Source: a virus. Taken from it: a stretch of 64,000 nucleotides of DNA. The position numbers and the translations under genes were made by a program. The stretch covers positions 10,549 to 74,548 of the IMG/VR virus record IMGVR_UViG_3300027832_000009. One strand, 5' to 3'. Position 1 is the first letter of the stretch. Each line of letters begins with the position of its first letter. The notes under the pieces were generated by a model. That model made no database searches and was not told the DNA's origin. It saw only the letters and a program-made list of their open reading frames with translations. Shown one piece after another: positions 37,885-45,539 of this stretch.

Positions 37885-38671
37885 CTACAGAGAACAACTG
37901 ATCCGCTGGGTGCAACAACGTCGTCGCCTGATCTAGTGACGTTGCCGCACTATTGCGACCTATCTGCGGCTCGCTAACCCCTCTACGAGGCGCGGCCGAT
38001 TCTTTACCTGCTGCATCCGCGTTTACAGCTACTCCGCCTGCAGTGTAATTAATCAACTTGATACCAGCGTGCCGACACGCTTCACCGAGCATCGAGTCAC
38101 CACCATTGTGAGACAGATTCAACCACGGGTAATTCAGATTGTGTAGTACAGCAGTTTGAATTAACCACCAACTACCCTGAATAAACGAAACTTTATCCGG
38201 TGCTATACCAGTATTTGAGTTATACCACGGTTGAGATTTCACCCACGATCTCTGCTGCCCCAACCACGGGATCGTGTACGCTCTACCGAGCAAGCCTGGG
38301 CTGGTACCTAACTGGCCCACCAAAGTTGATAACCATGAAGCCTGACGCGACACACTCCCGCTAATTAAAAATGTGTCATCGTCAAACCACATGATATAGT
38401 CAGACTTCGCAGCCTCCCCGACACCGTAAAACATCTCGCGCATCATGGGATATTTACGAAGGTTGCTGTCACTTTCAACAATAACAGCACGACTATACTC
38501 GCCGAGGGTGCTGTAGACATAATCTTTTGTGACCTGCGCTACAGCATTCAACCCTACTACTATATTCACATCATCGAACCACGCTGCCTGCAGGATACTT
38601 TCAATACATCGCTTTGCGAGTGTCGGGTAGTCGCCGTACAGAAGCACGCAAACAGTTACTCTAGCAGACAT
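37847..38671 (-). CDS. glycosyltransferase, GT2/GT-A fold
   Basis: VTVCVLLYG...RCIESI...YIMWFDDDT (DxD). Confidence 0.75.
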   Translation of the reverse strand: MSARVTVCVLLYGDYPTLAKRCIESILQAAWFDDVNIVVGLNAVAQVTKDYVYSTLGEYSRAVIVESDSNLRKYPMMREMFYGVGEAAKSDYIMWFDDDTFLISGSVSRQASWLSTLVGQLGTSPGLLGRAYTIPWLGQQRSWVKSQPWYNSNTGIAPDKVSFIQGSWWLIQTAVLHNLNYPWLNLSHNGGDSMLGEACRHAGIKLINYTAGGVAVNADAAGKESAAPRRGVSEPQIGRNSAATSLDQATTLLHPADQLFSVGEHGLQYSPYSP

Positions 38672-38699
38672 GCCGTAGCCCTTATTCTAACGACTAGCA

Positions 38700-39611
38700 T
38701 TAAGCCGGAACAGCTGATGCGGATCGCGATCTACGTGTCGGTGGTGGGTCTACAGGCGTGTCCGCATCTTGCTCAATTGCCCGACTTGCCCGTGTTCCGC
38801 TGGCCTCTACGGCTGCGGCAACTCCGCTTCTCGCCTCAGTCGCATCCTCTTCACGTGCTTTCAACGTGTCGTTGATCCTTGTGACAGCTGCGTCGCTGAG
38901 TTCTGAAATTACCTGCAGCTCACCTGCTAGTTTGCTGGAAGCTTCAAGCATCTGCTCAGCGTAGGACAACATGGCGTCGTCCAGCTCGCTGTCCTCCATA
39001 TTGCTGAGCTCCCGAAAAATGCTGTGTGCCTCCCCGTTCCAGAGCTGATCGTGCAACCGCTGCATTCTCGCCAGTTCTTTGATCAGCGATCTGATTTGTT
39101 TCTCTACCGTTACAGGTACAGCGAACGGCCTACCGTGGCCGCTGTTAGGGTCCTCTTTGGCGGCCTTGATTTCTGCGTGTAGCGCCGGAGCTGTCAGCTC
39201 TTCCCGCACCGCTCGCGAAGCCCACTTCTTCCTTTCTGTCTTCGTAGCACAGGTTAGTAGTATTGGAATATGTGACCAGGTCAGCCCTACCCCAGTCTTT
39301 GCGTTCTTGAGATCCAGCAGCCACTGCAAGTCCTCCGTAGAGAAGTTCTCAAAGAATCGCAACGCTGTAGTTACCGTTGATGCGTGCTTAGCAACAGCCT
39401 CCAACAGAAGCTCGAGGCCGTCTGTACCGTCTGTCCCGCGGTAGCGATCCCCGTCCTCTTTAACCGCCTGCACTGTCTTACCTAGTTTGTAGTACCACTG
39501 AATTGTACCGTCTCGCTGAGCCTGAATCTGCTGCTCCACAACTGCGAGCTTAGTCAGGAGTGGGGCCGGCATACGCTCGACAACTACATCTCTAACACTT
39601 TTCTCTACCAC
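38700..39611 (-). CDS. YhcG/DUF1016 N-terminal-like DNA-binding protein
   Basis: WYYKLG...LRFFENF...LTWSHIPILL...RKKWASRAVREELTAPALHAEI resembles the LSWSHY...R.FY...WSVRELxxQI pattern. Confidence 0.5.
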   Translation of the reverse strand: MVEKSVRDVVVERMPAPLLTKLAVVEQQIQAQRDGTIQWYYKLGKTVQAVKEDGDRYRGTDGTDGLELLLEAVAKHASTVTTALRFFENFSTEDLQWLLDLKNAKTGVGLTWSHIPILLTCATKTERKKWASRAVREELTAPALHAEIKAAKEDPNSGHGRPFAVPVTVEKQIRSLIKELARMQRLHDQLWNGEAHSIFRELSNMEDSELDDAMLSYAEQMLEASSKLAGELQVISELSDAAVTRINDTLKAREEDATEARSGVAAAVEASGTRASRAIEQDADTPVDPPPTRRSRSASAVPA

Positions 39612-39646
39612 AAAAATCTCCTACAGGGTCTAACCCGTAAAAATTG

Positions 39647-40801
39647 TCACACAAAAAGAACACGACCTACCAACAACTTGTAGGCGACAAGCTCAGCACA
39701 CTCTCGCAGATCTGGTCGCAGCGTTCTGGCTGTTCCCAGCAGTTGCAAAAACAGATCCAGCGCAGCTTTCTTGGCGTACTCGGTACCCAGGTGCAGTGGT
39801 GGAGCCTCTAGCTCACCGTCGCTGTCTGTTCGCAGTGTTCGCTTCAGGATATCTTGAGACAGCTCTTGCTGCAAACCAAGGCTTCGCAGAATACGGACAA
39901 CAGCGCGAGATTGAACCTCTACAGCTTTTGTCGACATTTCGACACTGTAACCCAGTGGCCGAGATGCGACTGTTGAAATACCGTGCTCCAGAGCCGCCCA
40001 CTCGAACTTCTTGTCAAAAACTGTCGAGAACAACTGCGCAACCTTGCCGCCGAAAGTTACAGCATTGTGCTTGCGAGACATCCTGGCACCGAACGGCTTG
40101 AACGGTGCCAGACTGACCCCGTGTGATGAAAACACCGCCACAGACCCACGCAGGGCTGCCCCGCTTGCCTCCTGAACTGTGAAATAGTACCCCTCGTTGA
40201 ATGAGTAGGTCTTATCTCGCATAGTAATAATAACCGACGACGCTGGTTTTCGGAACCAGAGTGTCATCCCCCTACCAATCAGTCGAGCCCCGTAAAAACT
40301 ACAGGTCGTACCGTGTACGTCTTCGCAAATAGTCAGCGATGTCTGCAACACCTCATGATTTTTGATGTACTGCTGACTGTTACCTACCAGACCCTCCAAA
40401 CTGTGGGTCTTCCTATTCACGATCATTCTGTACTTGGCTAACTCTGCAAATCGCAATTCGACGAGCTTGTTCCACACTCGTACTGCAAACGCGACGTCGA
40501 AAACACGGCTGGCGTCTGTGTCAGCTGTACCTATGCCCGCCAACGACTTAACGACACGGGCTGTGCCCGGTCCAAGCTTGTGTGCGACTTGCTGAAACAT
40601 AGACCTACTCAAAACGGCAGACCCATGAATTGTCTTGCCGTTTTTACCGAGCTTCAGCTGGTCCACTGCAATAATGTCTACCAGCTCTGTGTGCGAGTCC
40701 GTCGCTTTCAGTGTCTTCTGCAGTAACTGCAGCTGACCTTGTCCGAATGTCACCAGCTCCGGCTCACTGTAAATTTGCATTACTCGCCCAGTCCGTACCA
40801 A
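39647..40801 (-). CDS. hypothetical protein (DUF932-like, tentative)
   Basis: LEGLVGNSQQYIKNHEVL resembles DUF932 LGxVSxxYxxIxN. Confidence 0.45.
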   Translation of the reverse strand: MVRTGRVMQIYSEPELVTFGQGQLQLLQKTLKATDSHTELVDIIAVDQLKLGKNGKTIHGSAVLSRSMFQQVAHKLGPGTARVVKSLAGIGTADTDASRVFDVAFAVRVWNKLVELRFAELAKYRMIVNRKTHSLEGLVGNSQQYIKNHEVLQTSLTICEDVHGTTCSFYGARLIGRGMTLWFRKPASSVIITMRDKTYSFNEGYYFTVQEASGAALRGSVAVFSSHGVSLAPFKPFGARMSRKHNAVTFGGKVAQLFSTVFDKKFEWAALEHGISTVASRPLGYSVEMSTKAVEVQSRAVVRILRSLGLQQELSQDILKRTLRTDSDGELEAPPLHLGTEYAKKAALDLFLQLLGTARTLRPDLRECAELVAYKLLVGRVLFV

Positions 40802-41363
40802 CAGTGTGCGTAAACGACCTCAGCCCTTCCAACACATAGTAGGTACCACGAAACCAGAACATAAACCTGCGGCACAGTGTTTCCTGCACTTCTTCAGGTT
40901 CCGTATCGAAATCAGGCATACCAGTCTGGGATACCTGATTATGCATTACCTGGATGGATGCCTGCTTAGCCCAGCTACAGCGGAACACCAACCCAAATCT
41001 GACAGCTTTGACGTTTATCTCGTGCTCGCTGGCTACCTTGGCGTACTCATCAATCAGCTTCAGCTTAGACAGCTTACCACCAAGCAGCGAGGCATAAGGT
41101 AGTTTTCCAGAGTACCTGTTAGTGCTAGCCGCTAACCGCACAGGATAAGAGGGGAACACAGTGGCAAACTCTGCAAAGGCTACCCTCGGGCTGCCTGTCA
41201 GGTTCTGCTGGTGCCGCTTCAATGCTGGGAGCTGTAGCTGGCTACTCGATAACTGCAGCAGCTTCGCAACAACTGCCTCCTCAAACTTACCTGTGTCACG
41301 GTTGCTACTGTTGTCTTCCGCGTCCTGCTTCAGCTTTTTGAAAAGCTTGTGACTATCATTCAT
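40764..41363 (-). CDS. hypothetical protein
   Basis: 199 aa ORF with AAGGAG RBS. Confidence 0.65.
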   Translation of the reverse strand: MNDSHKLFKKLKQDAEDNSSNRDTGKFEEAVVAKLLQLSSSQLQLPALKRHQQNLTGSPRVAFAEFATVFPSYPVRLAASTNRYSGKLPYASLLGGKLSKLKLIDEYAKVASEHEINVKAVRFGLVFRCSWAKQASIQVMHNQVSQTGMPDFDTEPEEVQETLCRRFMFWFRGTYYVLEGLRSFTHTVGTDWASNANLQ

Positions 41364-41390
41364 ATTCAGCGTTTCTCCTTCATATTACTT

Positions 41391-41468
41391 AGATGCAACC
41401 GCGTTGGCGGTCACCCGTTTTCACATGGAACTTCTTTCGCTCCAACCGGCTGATCTTTGTCGTTCGTT
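41391..41468 (+). mobile_element. attC-like site 1 (left core degraded)
   Basis: AGAT[G]CAACCG[C]GTTGG pairs with CCAACCGGCTGATCT with two extrahelical bases; R' GTTCGTT at 41462. Confidence 0.7.
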
Positions 41469-41938
41469 TTCGACACAGGTATGCCGTCCGTGATGACAAG
41501 CACGCCACAATCAGTCGCACCGAAATGTGACACCTGCTGACCGTCCTGCAGCGCTTGATTCAAATCCCCCAAATACGCCGTGCGGTTATTACTAAACCAA
41601 AATGCTCGTCTGCCCACTGGTTTTACCCCTACAAAAGAATGTTGAAGATGGCCCATAAATTCGAGCCTGGTGATGTGGTAAAGCTAAACAGCGATACCAA
41701 ACAGAACCCTGACATGACCGTACAAGGTCACACTGGAAACGGAAAAGTCGTCTGCAATTGGCGATCCGGCCCGCAGCCGTTTGAAGAAGAATTTGACGAA
41801 CGGCAACTACAGCTTGTGCGTAGTGCGGACGATGCCGCAAAACCCAAATCACAAAAACGAACAATAAGATGCAACCGAGTTGTCGGTCACCTGTTTTCAC
41901 ATGGAACGTCACTCGCTACAACCGGCTGATCTCTAGCC
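41463..41938 (+). mobile_element. integron-type gene cassette carrying a DUF2158 gene
   Basis: cassette start GTTCGTTTT is the exact reverse complement of AAAACGAAC (41854-41862) in the downstream attC. Confidence 0.7.
41648..41929 (+). CDS. DUF2158 (YodC-like) protein
   Basis: KFEPGDVVKLNS...PDMTV...VVCNW...FDERQL; reads through into attC2. Confidence 0.8.
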   Translation: MAHKFEPGDVVKLNSDTKQNPDMTVQGHTGNGKVVCNWRSGPQPFEEEFDERQLQLVRSADDAAKPKSQKRTIRCNRVVGHLFSHGTSLATTG

Positions 41939-41944
41939 TTATGC
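41854..41944 (+). mobile_element. attC-like site 2
   Basis: R'' ACGAAC; AGAT[G]CAACCG[A]GTTGT / ACAACCGGCTGATCT arms; R' reads CTTATGC instead of GTT. Confidence 0.7.
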
Positions 41945-42133
41945 GGACTTAGGAACGACTTGCTCGGTCACACGGAGCCATTTTACAATTGGCTGCACCC
42001 TACCACCATAATCTGCTGCGTACCACCCGTGTGTTTTCGTCCACATGATTTTCCCCCACCACCCATCTGCACGCATCGCAACTACCGACTCGCCGTGCTC
42101 CGGTAGATTATCTTCGACACTTATCCACTCCAT
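41939..42133 (-). CDS. DUF551-like small protein
   Basis: MEWISVEDNLPE...VKW; its stop codon lies in the R' box of attC2. Confidence 0.7.
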   Translation of the reverse strand: MEWISVEDNLPEHGESVVAMRADGWWGKIMWTKTHGWYAADYGGRVQPIVKWLRVTEQVVPKSA

Positions 42134-42164
42134 ACATATCTCCAATAATCGCCACCTGATTAAT

Positions 42165-43484
42165 TTAGTCGTCGCCACCATCACCCTCCAGCATGTCCGG
42201 GAAGTCCGCAGCGCTGAAACTTGCAGGGTCGTCTCTGAATTGCTGCAGGTTTACCAGCAGCGCCGCCCGCTGCTTATCACTCTCGGCCGACATAAACTCT
42301 GAGTACGGGATACGTTGATCCCAAACTGTTCGCACCTCGATGCCCAGGATTTCGTACAACTGCACCAAAATATCCTGCCGAGTCTCCAGCAGCCTACCAA
42401 GCTGCCGGAATGTGGTCGGAGAGTCTTTCGGTACGCCCAGCACATTCGACCACGCCTTTCGCGTAGTCTTGCTGATTACGTGGATATCACACACCTCCTG
42501 AAGCCTCCTGTATAAGCCCTTCTTCCCTTTACAGCTCTCGAACGCCAGCAGTAGCTCTATGCTCGCTGTCTCCCAGTCCCAGGCTGTCTCCTGACGAGGT
42601 TTACCATTTGGACCGGGTGCTCTCCACCACAGCAGATCCGCTTTGACAGAGAATCTTGAAGGGCCGAGGCTGTTCTTCTGCAGCGTAAACTGCACAGTGA
42701 TACCGCCGTAATTCGCCTTGTCGATGTCCTTTATTCGGACCATCTTGATCTCGTAAGTCTCCATGAACTTCACAGACTTACCGCCGGGTATGTCGTCTTT
42801 GGGTCTCCCCATCGCATCTGTACCAGGTTTGAGATGGTTTGTCCCGACAACCGTGAACGGGTAGTTGCGAAGCTGTCCCGGCATAGCCCTCATGAAGCGG
42901 CTGATCAGGTTAGCCATCACAGCAAAACCCCTGGATGCAAAACCGTCCGAGTGGATATTCTCCAACTCGGCTGCTGTGCCCGTTGCTGTAATGCTGTCAA
43001 CACCCAGTATGAGGGGCCACACTGCTCCGGCCGTTTTAGAGTCTTCGTAGATCTCTTTGGTGGAACTAAGTGTCCGGATCAGGAACTCCTGCCACTCCTC
43101 CAACGAGGTCGTATCCTCCTTGAAGAACTTGGATGCCCACTCCGGGTTGTACTTCAGTATACTGCGACGAAGTTCTGGGCTGTCCTTATTCTCGTTCTGG
43201 GCTAGCGCTGCCCCGCCGTTCGCCATGTAGTGCCACCGCATTATCTCATAGAGAAACGCCGACTTGCAGGAACCCTCCTGCCCTGTCAGCTGCACAATCT
43301 TACTCAGCGGAAAGACAGTCGAGCGGAAAAAGTACCGCATCACCAGCGACGGTAACGGGATACCTGTAACTACGCCGACGTCAGCCGGCTGGACGCTGCC
43401 CTTACCTTGCTGCACCCGCTGAGCGGATAACCCTGCAAAACTAGCCGCCACAGAATCCACTGACTTACCAGATTTCTTTGCCAT
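42165..43484 (-). CDS. recA: RecA/UvsX-like recombinase
   Basis: Walker A variant GQEGSCKS, ILGVDSIT, VVGTNHLK and PGGKSVKF. Confidence 0.85.
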   Translation of the reverse strand: MAKKSGKSVDSVAASFAGLSAQRVQQGKGSVQPADVGVVTGIPLPSLVMRYFFRSTVFPLSKIVQLTGQEGSCKSAFLYEIMRWHYMANGGAALAQNENKDSPELRRSILKYNPEWASKFFKEDTTSLEEWQEFLIRTLSSTKEIYEDSKTAGAVWPLILGVDSITATGTAAELENIHSDGFASRGFAVMANLISRFMRAMPGQLRNYPFTVVGTNHLKPGTDAMGRPKDDIPGGKSVKFMETYEIKMVRIKDIDKANYGGITVQFTLQKNSLGPSRFSVKADLLWWRAPGPNGKPRQETAWDWETASIELLLAFESCKGKKGLYRRLQEVCDIHVISKTTRKAWSNVLGVPKDSPTTFRQLGRLLETRQDILVQLYEILGIEVRTVWDQRIPYSEFMSAESDKQRAALLVNLQQFRDDPASFSAADFPDMLEGDGGDD

Positions 43485-43511
43485 AAATCACTCTCTCTGA
43501 CACCTGGTTGC

Positions 43512-43546
43512 AAAACAAAGCCCACGCGGAACGACCCGCGTGGGCT
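43512..43546 (-). terminator. rho-independent terminator
   Basis: AGCCCACGCGG/CCGCGTGGGCT 11-bp stem followed by TTTGTTTT on the minus strand. Confidence 0.8.
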
Positions 43547-43552
43547 GACTAA

Positions 43553-43570
43553 CTGGTTATTAATAACCAG
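43553..43570. promoter_or_regulatory. perfect 18-bp palindrome CTGGTTATTAATAACCAG
   Basis: lies 3 bp after the stop of 43574..45508. Confidence 0.6.
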
Positions 43571-43573
43571 AGA

Positions 43574-45508
43574 CTATTGAGCAGTTACTCCTGCAGCTGC
43601 CTGTGCTGCCGCAAGTGCTAACTGTGCTCGACCGCCACCAGCCGCTGCAGGTTGTGCAACCTGTGCCGGCATCTGCTGAGCTACCCCTCCAACCTGCTGC
43701 TGAGGTGCAGGGTTAGTAGGATACGCTACTGGCATCGCAAAACCTGCGGCTGGTTGTGTCGCCACGTTGGACACAGGTAGCGGCATTACCGTTGGCTGAA
43801 CCACCGCTACCGGAGGCATACCAGCCACAAGACCAGCCATGGCAGCGCCCACCTGTGCGGGTTGCTGCATCTGCTGAGGCATCTGCTGCATCGGCATCTG
43901 CTGCATCGGCATCTGCTGCATCGGCATCTGCTGCATCGGCATCTGCTGCATCGGCATCTGCTGCATCGGCATCTGCTGCATCGGCATCTGCTGCATCGGC
44001 ATCTGCTGCGGCATACCCGCCTGCTGTGTCAGCTGGTGGGCAGGGAACCCGCTGTTTACCTGAGGCATATGCGCCTGCGGCAAACCACCGACAGCCGGAA
44101 ACACCGCAGCCGGGTTTCCAACAAACGGCGCCGCAACTGTCGCGTTTGCGGTTGCTGCGTCGGCATACATTGCAGGCTGCTGTGCCGGGTCTACCAGCAC
44201 AGCCTGCGGTACAGGGTTTAGCGTAGATGGTAGACTAGGCATCGCGCCCTGTGGCTGTGGCATTACCTGCGAGCCGGTTAACCCGTGTGCTCCGTAGACC
44301 CCAGGCATCCCCTGCACACTTGGTGCACCGTACATCCCCGGCATGCTCTGCACACCCGGCATACCCTGCATCCCGTAACCTTGCGGCATCATCCCGTGCA
44401 TAACACCCGGCATACCGTATCCGCCACCAGCCACAGACATGGCCGCTACAGCCAGCTGCCGAACACGATCTGGAATCCACTCAGGGTGGTCGTGGAACGC
44501 GTAGAGAATAACACTTGGTGGGAACTTGTCCGCAATCCACTGAGCCTGCTGCTCATAATCATGGAACACCAGCGAGGTATCCCACTGGATAGACTGCCCC
44601 ACCAATTGCGACTTGAACGCCGAGAAGTCCGCGCCAAGTCCGTTGAAGTTATCCTCAGCGTAACACGCATACGACGTGTTACCACCACCCTGCGATCGAC
44701 CACTCCACTGCTGGGCAGCTTGAGCAGCCCAAGCTGCTGGTCCGTTAGGTTGACCCGCAGATGCTCTCGCAACACGTGGGTCGGGTTCGTCCCCTTTCCA
44801 GAACGTCACAAACCGGCCGCAACCGGGCTCAAGCGATACCATGTCCCCGTTAACGAACGAGTTCTGATAGTCCTGCGTTCTAGGATCTGCTCCGGGTAGC
44901 ATCGCATTCATGAGCGCCTGCAGCTGCCCTGCGGCAGATTGCGTCATACCCAGCAACTGCGGCTTATCTACCCAACCTTTTGGTGGGTGATTAATCACAT
45001 TCTTGTGTTGAAAAACCAACACCTGAGAAAAGAACGCCATGCTTGGTTTTGGGAGCGCTGCCGAACGACCTGTGCCGCCCTGCAACAACGCCGCCCAACC
45101 CTGCTGGTCTTGCGCGTTCTTCACAGCGTTACTAACTGCGTTATACAAAATGTGCGGCGGGCTCTCCTCCACAGGCGGGCTGTGAGTATCCATCACATCC
45201 CGAATCAGAAATGAAGCCCCACCACCAGAAGCGTCGCGGCCGAAGTTGGTAACTGCTGGGTACGCCCGAATCCAATCCCCGAACGCATTCGGCTCTGCTG
45301 ATAAGCGGTAAGGCTCAAACAGCGGATTCTCTGGAGTAGCCCCGGACTGCTTGGGTGGCAGAAATCGCACAGTGCACGCACCGCCCCCCCACGCCAGTCG
45401 ATACAAGTCCACCATGTTGTGGTCAACCATGAACTGACCACCGAATCTGCCGCCAGTCAACTGCGATTGCTCACGAAAACTGTACGCACCTGTTGGATTA
45501 TGAACCAT
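43574..45508 (-). CDS. putative ssDNA-binding protein (gp32-like) with long Q/M/P/G/A-rich tail
   Basis: TVRFLPP motif and position between pol and recA; about 290 aa low-complexity C-terminus. Confidence 0.5.
   Translation of the reverse strand: MVHNPTGAYSFREQSQLTGGRFGGQFMVDHNMVDLYRLAWGGGACTVRFLPPKQSGATPENPLFEPYRLSAEPNAFGDWIRAYPAVTNFGRDASGGGASFLIRDVMDTHSPPVEESPPHILYNAVSNAVKNAQDQQGWAALLQGGTGRSAALPKPSMAFFSQVLVFQHKNVINHPPKGWVDKPQLLGMTQSAAGQLQALMNAMLPGADPRTQDYQNSFVNGDMVSLEPGCGRFVTFWKGDEPDPRVARASAGQPNGPAAWAAQAAQQWSGRSQGGGNTSYACYAEDNFNGLGADFSAFKSQLVGQSIQWDTSLVFHDYEQQAQWIADKFPPSVILYAFHDHPEWIPDRVRQLAVAAMSVAGGGYGMPGVMHGMMPQGYGMQGMPGVQSMPGMYGAPSVQGMPGVYGAHGLTGSQVMPQPQGAMPSLPSTLNPVPQAVLVDPAQQPAMYADAATANATVAAPFVGNPAAVFPAVGGLPQAHMPQVNSGFPAHQLTQQAGMPQQMPMQQMPMQQMPMQQMPMQQMPMQQMPMQQMPMQQMPMQQMPQQMQQPAQVGAAMAGLVAGMPPVAVVQPTVMPLPVSNVATQPAAGFAMPVAYPTNPAPQQQVGGVAQQMPAQVAQPAAAGGGRAQLALAAAQAAAGVTAQ
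43878..44009. repeat. 15-bp coding VNTR (QQMPM x8 plus partial)
   Basis: GGCATCTGCTGCATC tandem copies. Confidence 0.95.
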
Positions 45509-45539
45509 TACTCAAAATTCCTTAGTACAGAAAAAACAG

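Noticed and set aside
41411-41656. 81 aa minus-strand ORF
   Set aside because: It overlaps the cassette leader and ends within attC1; probably incidental.
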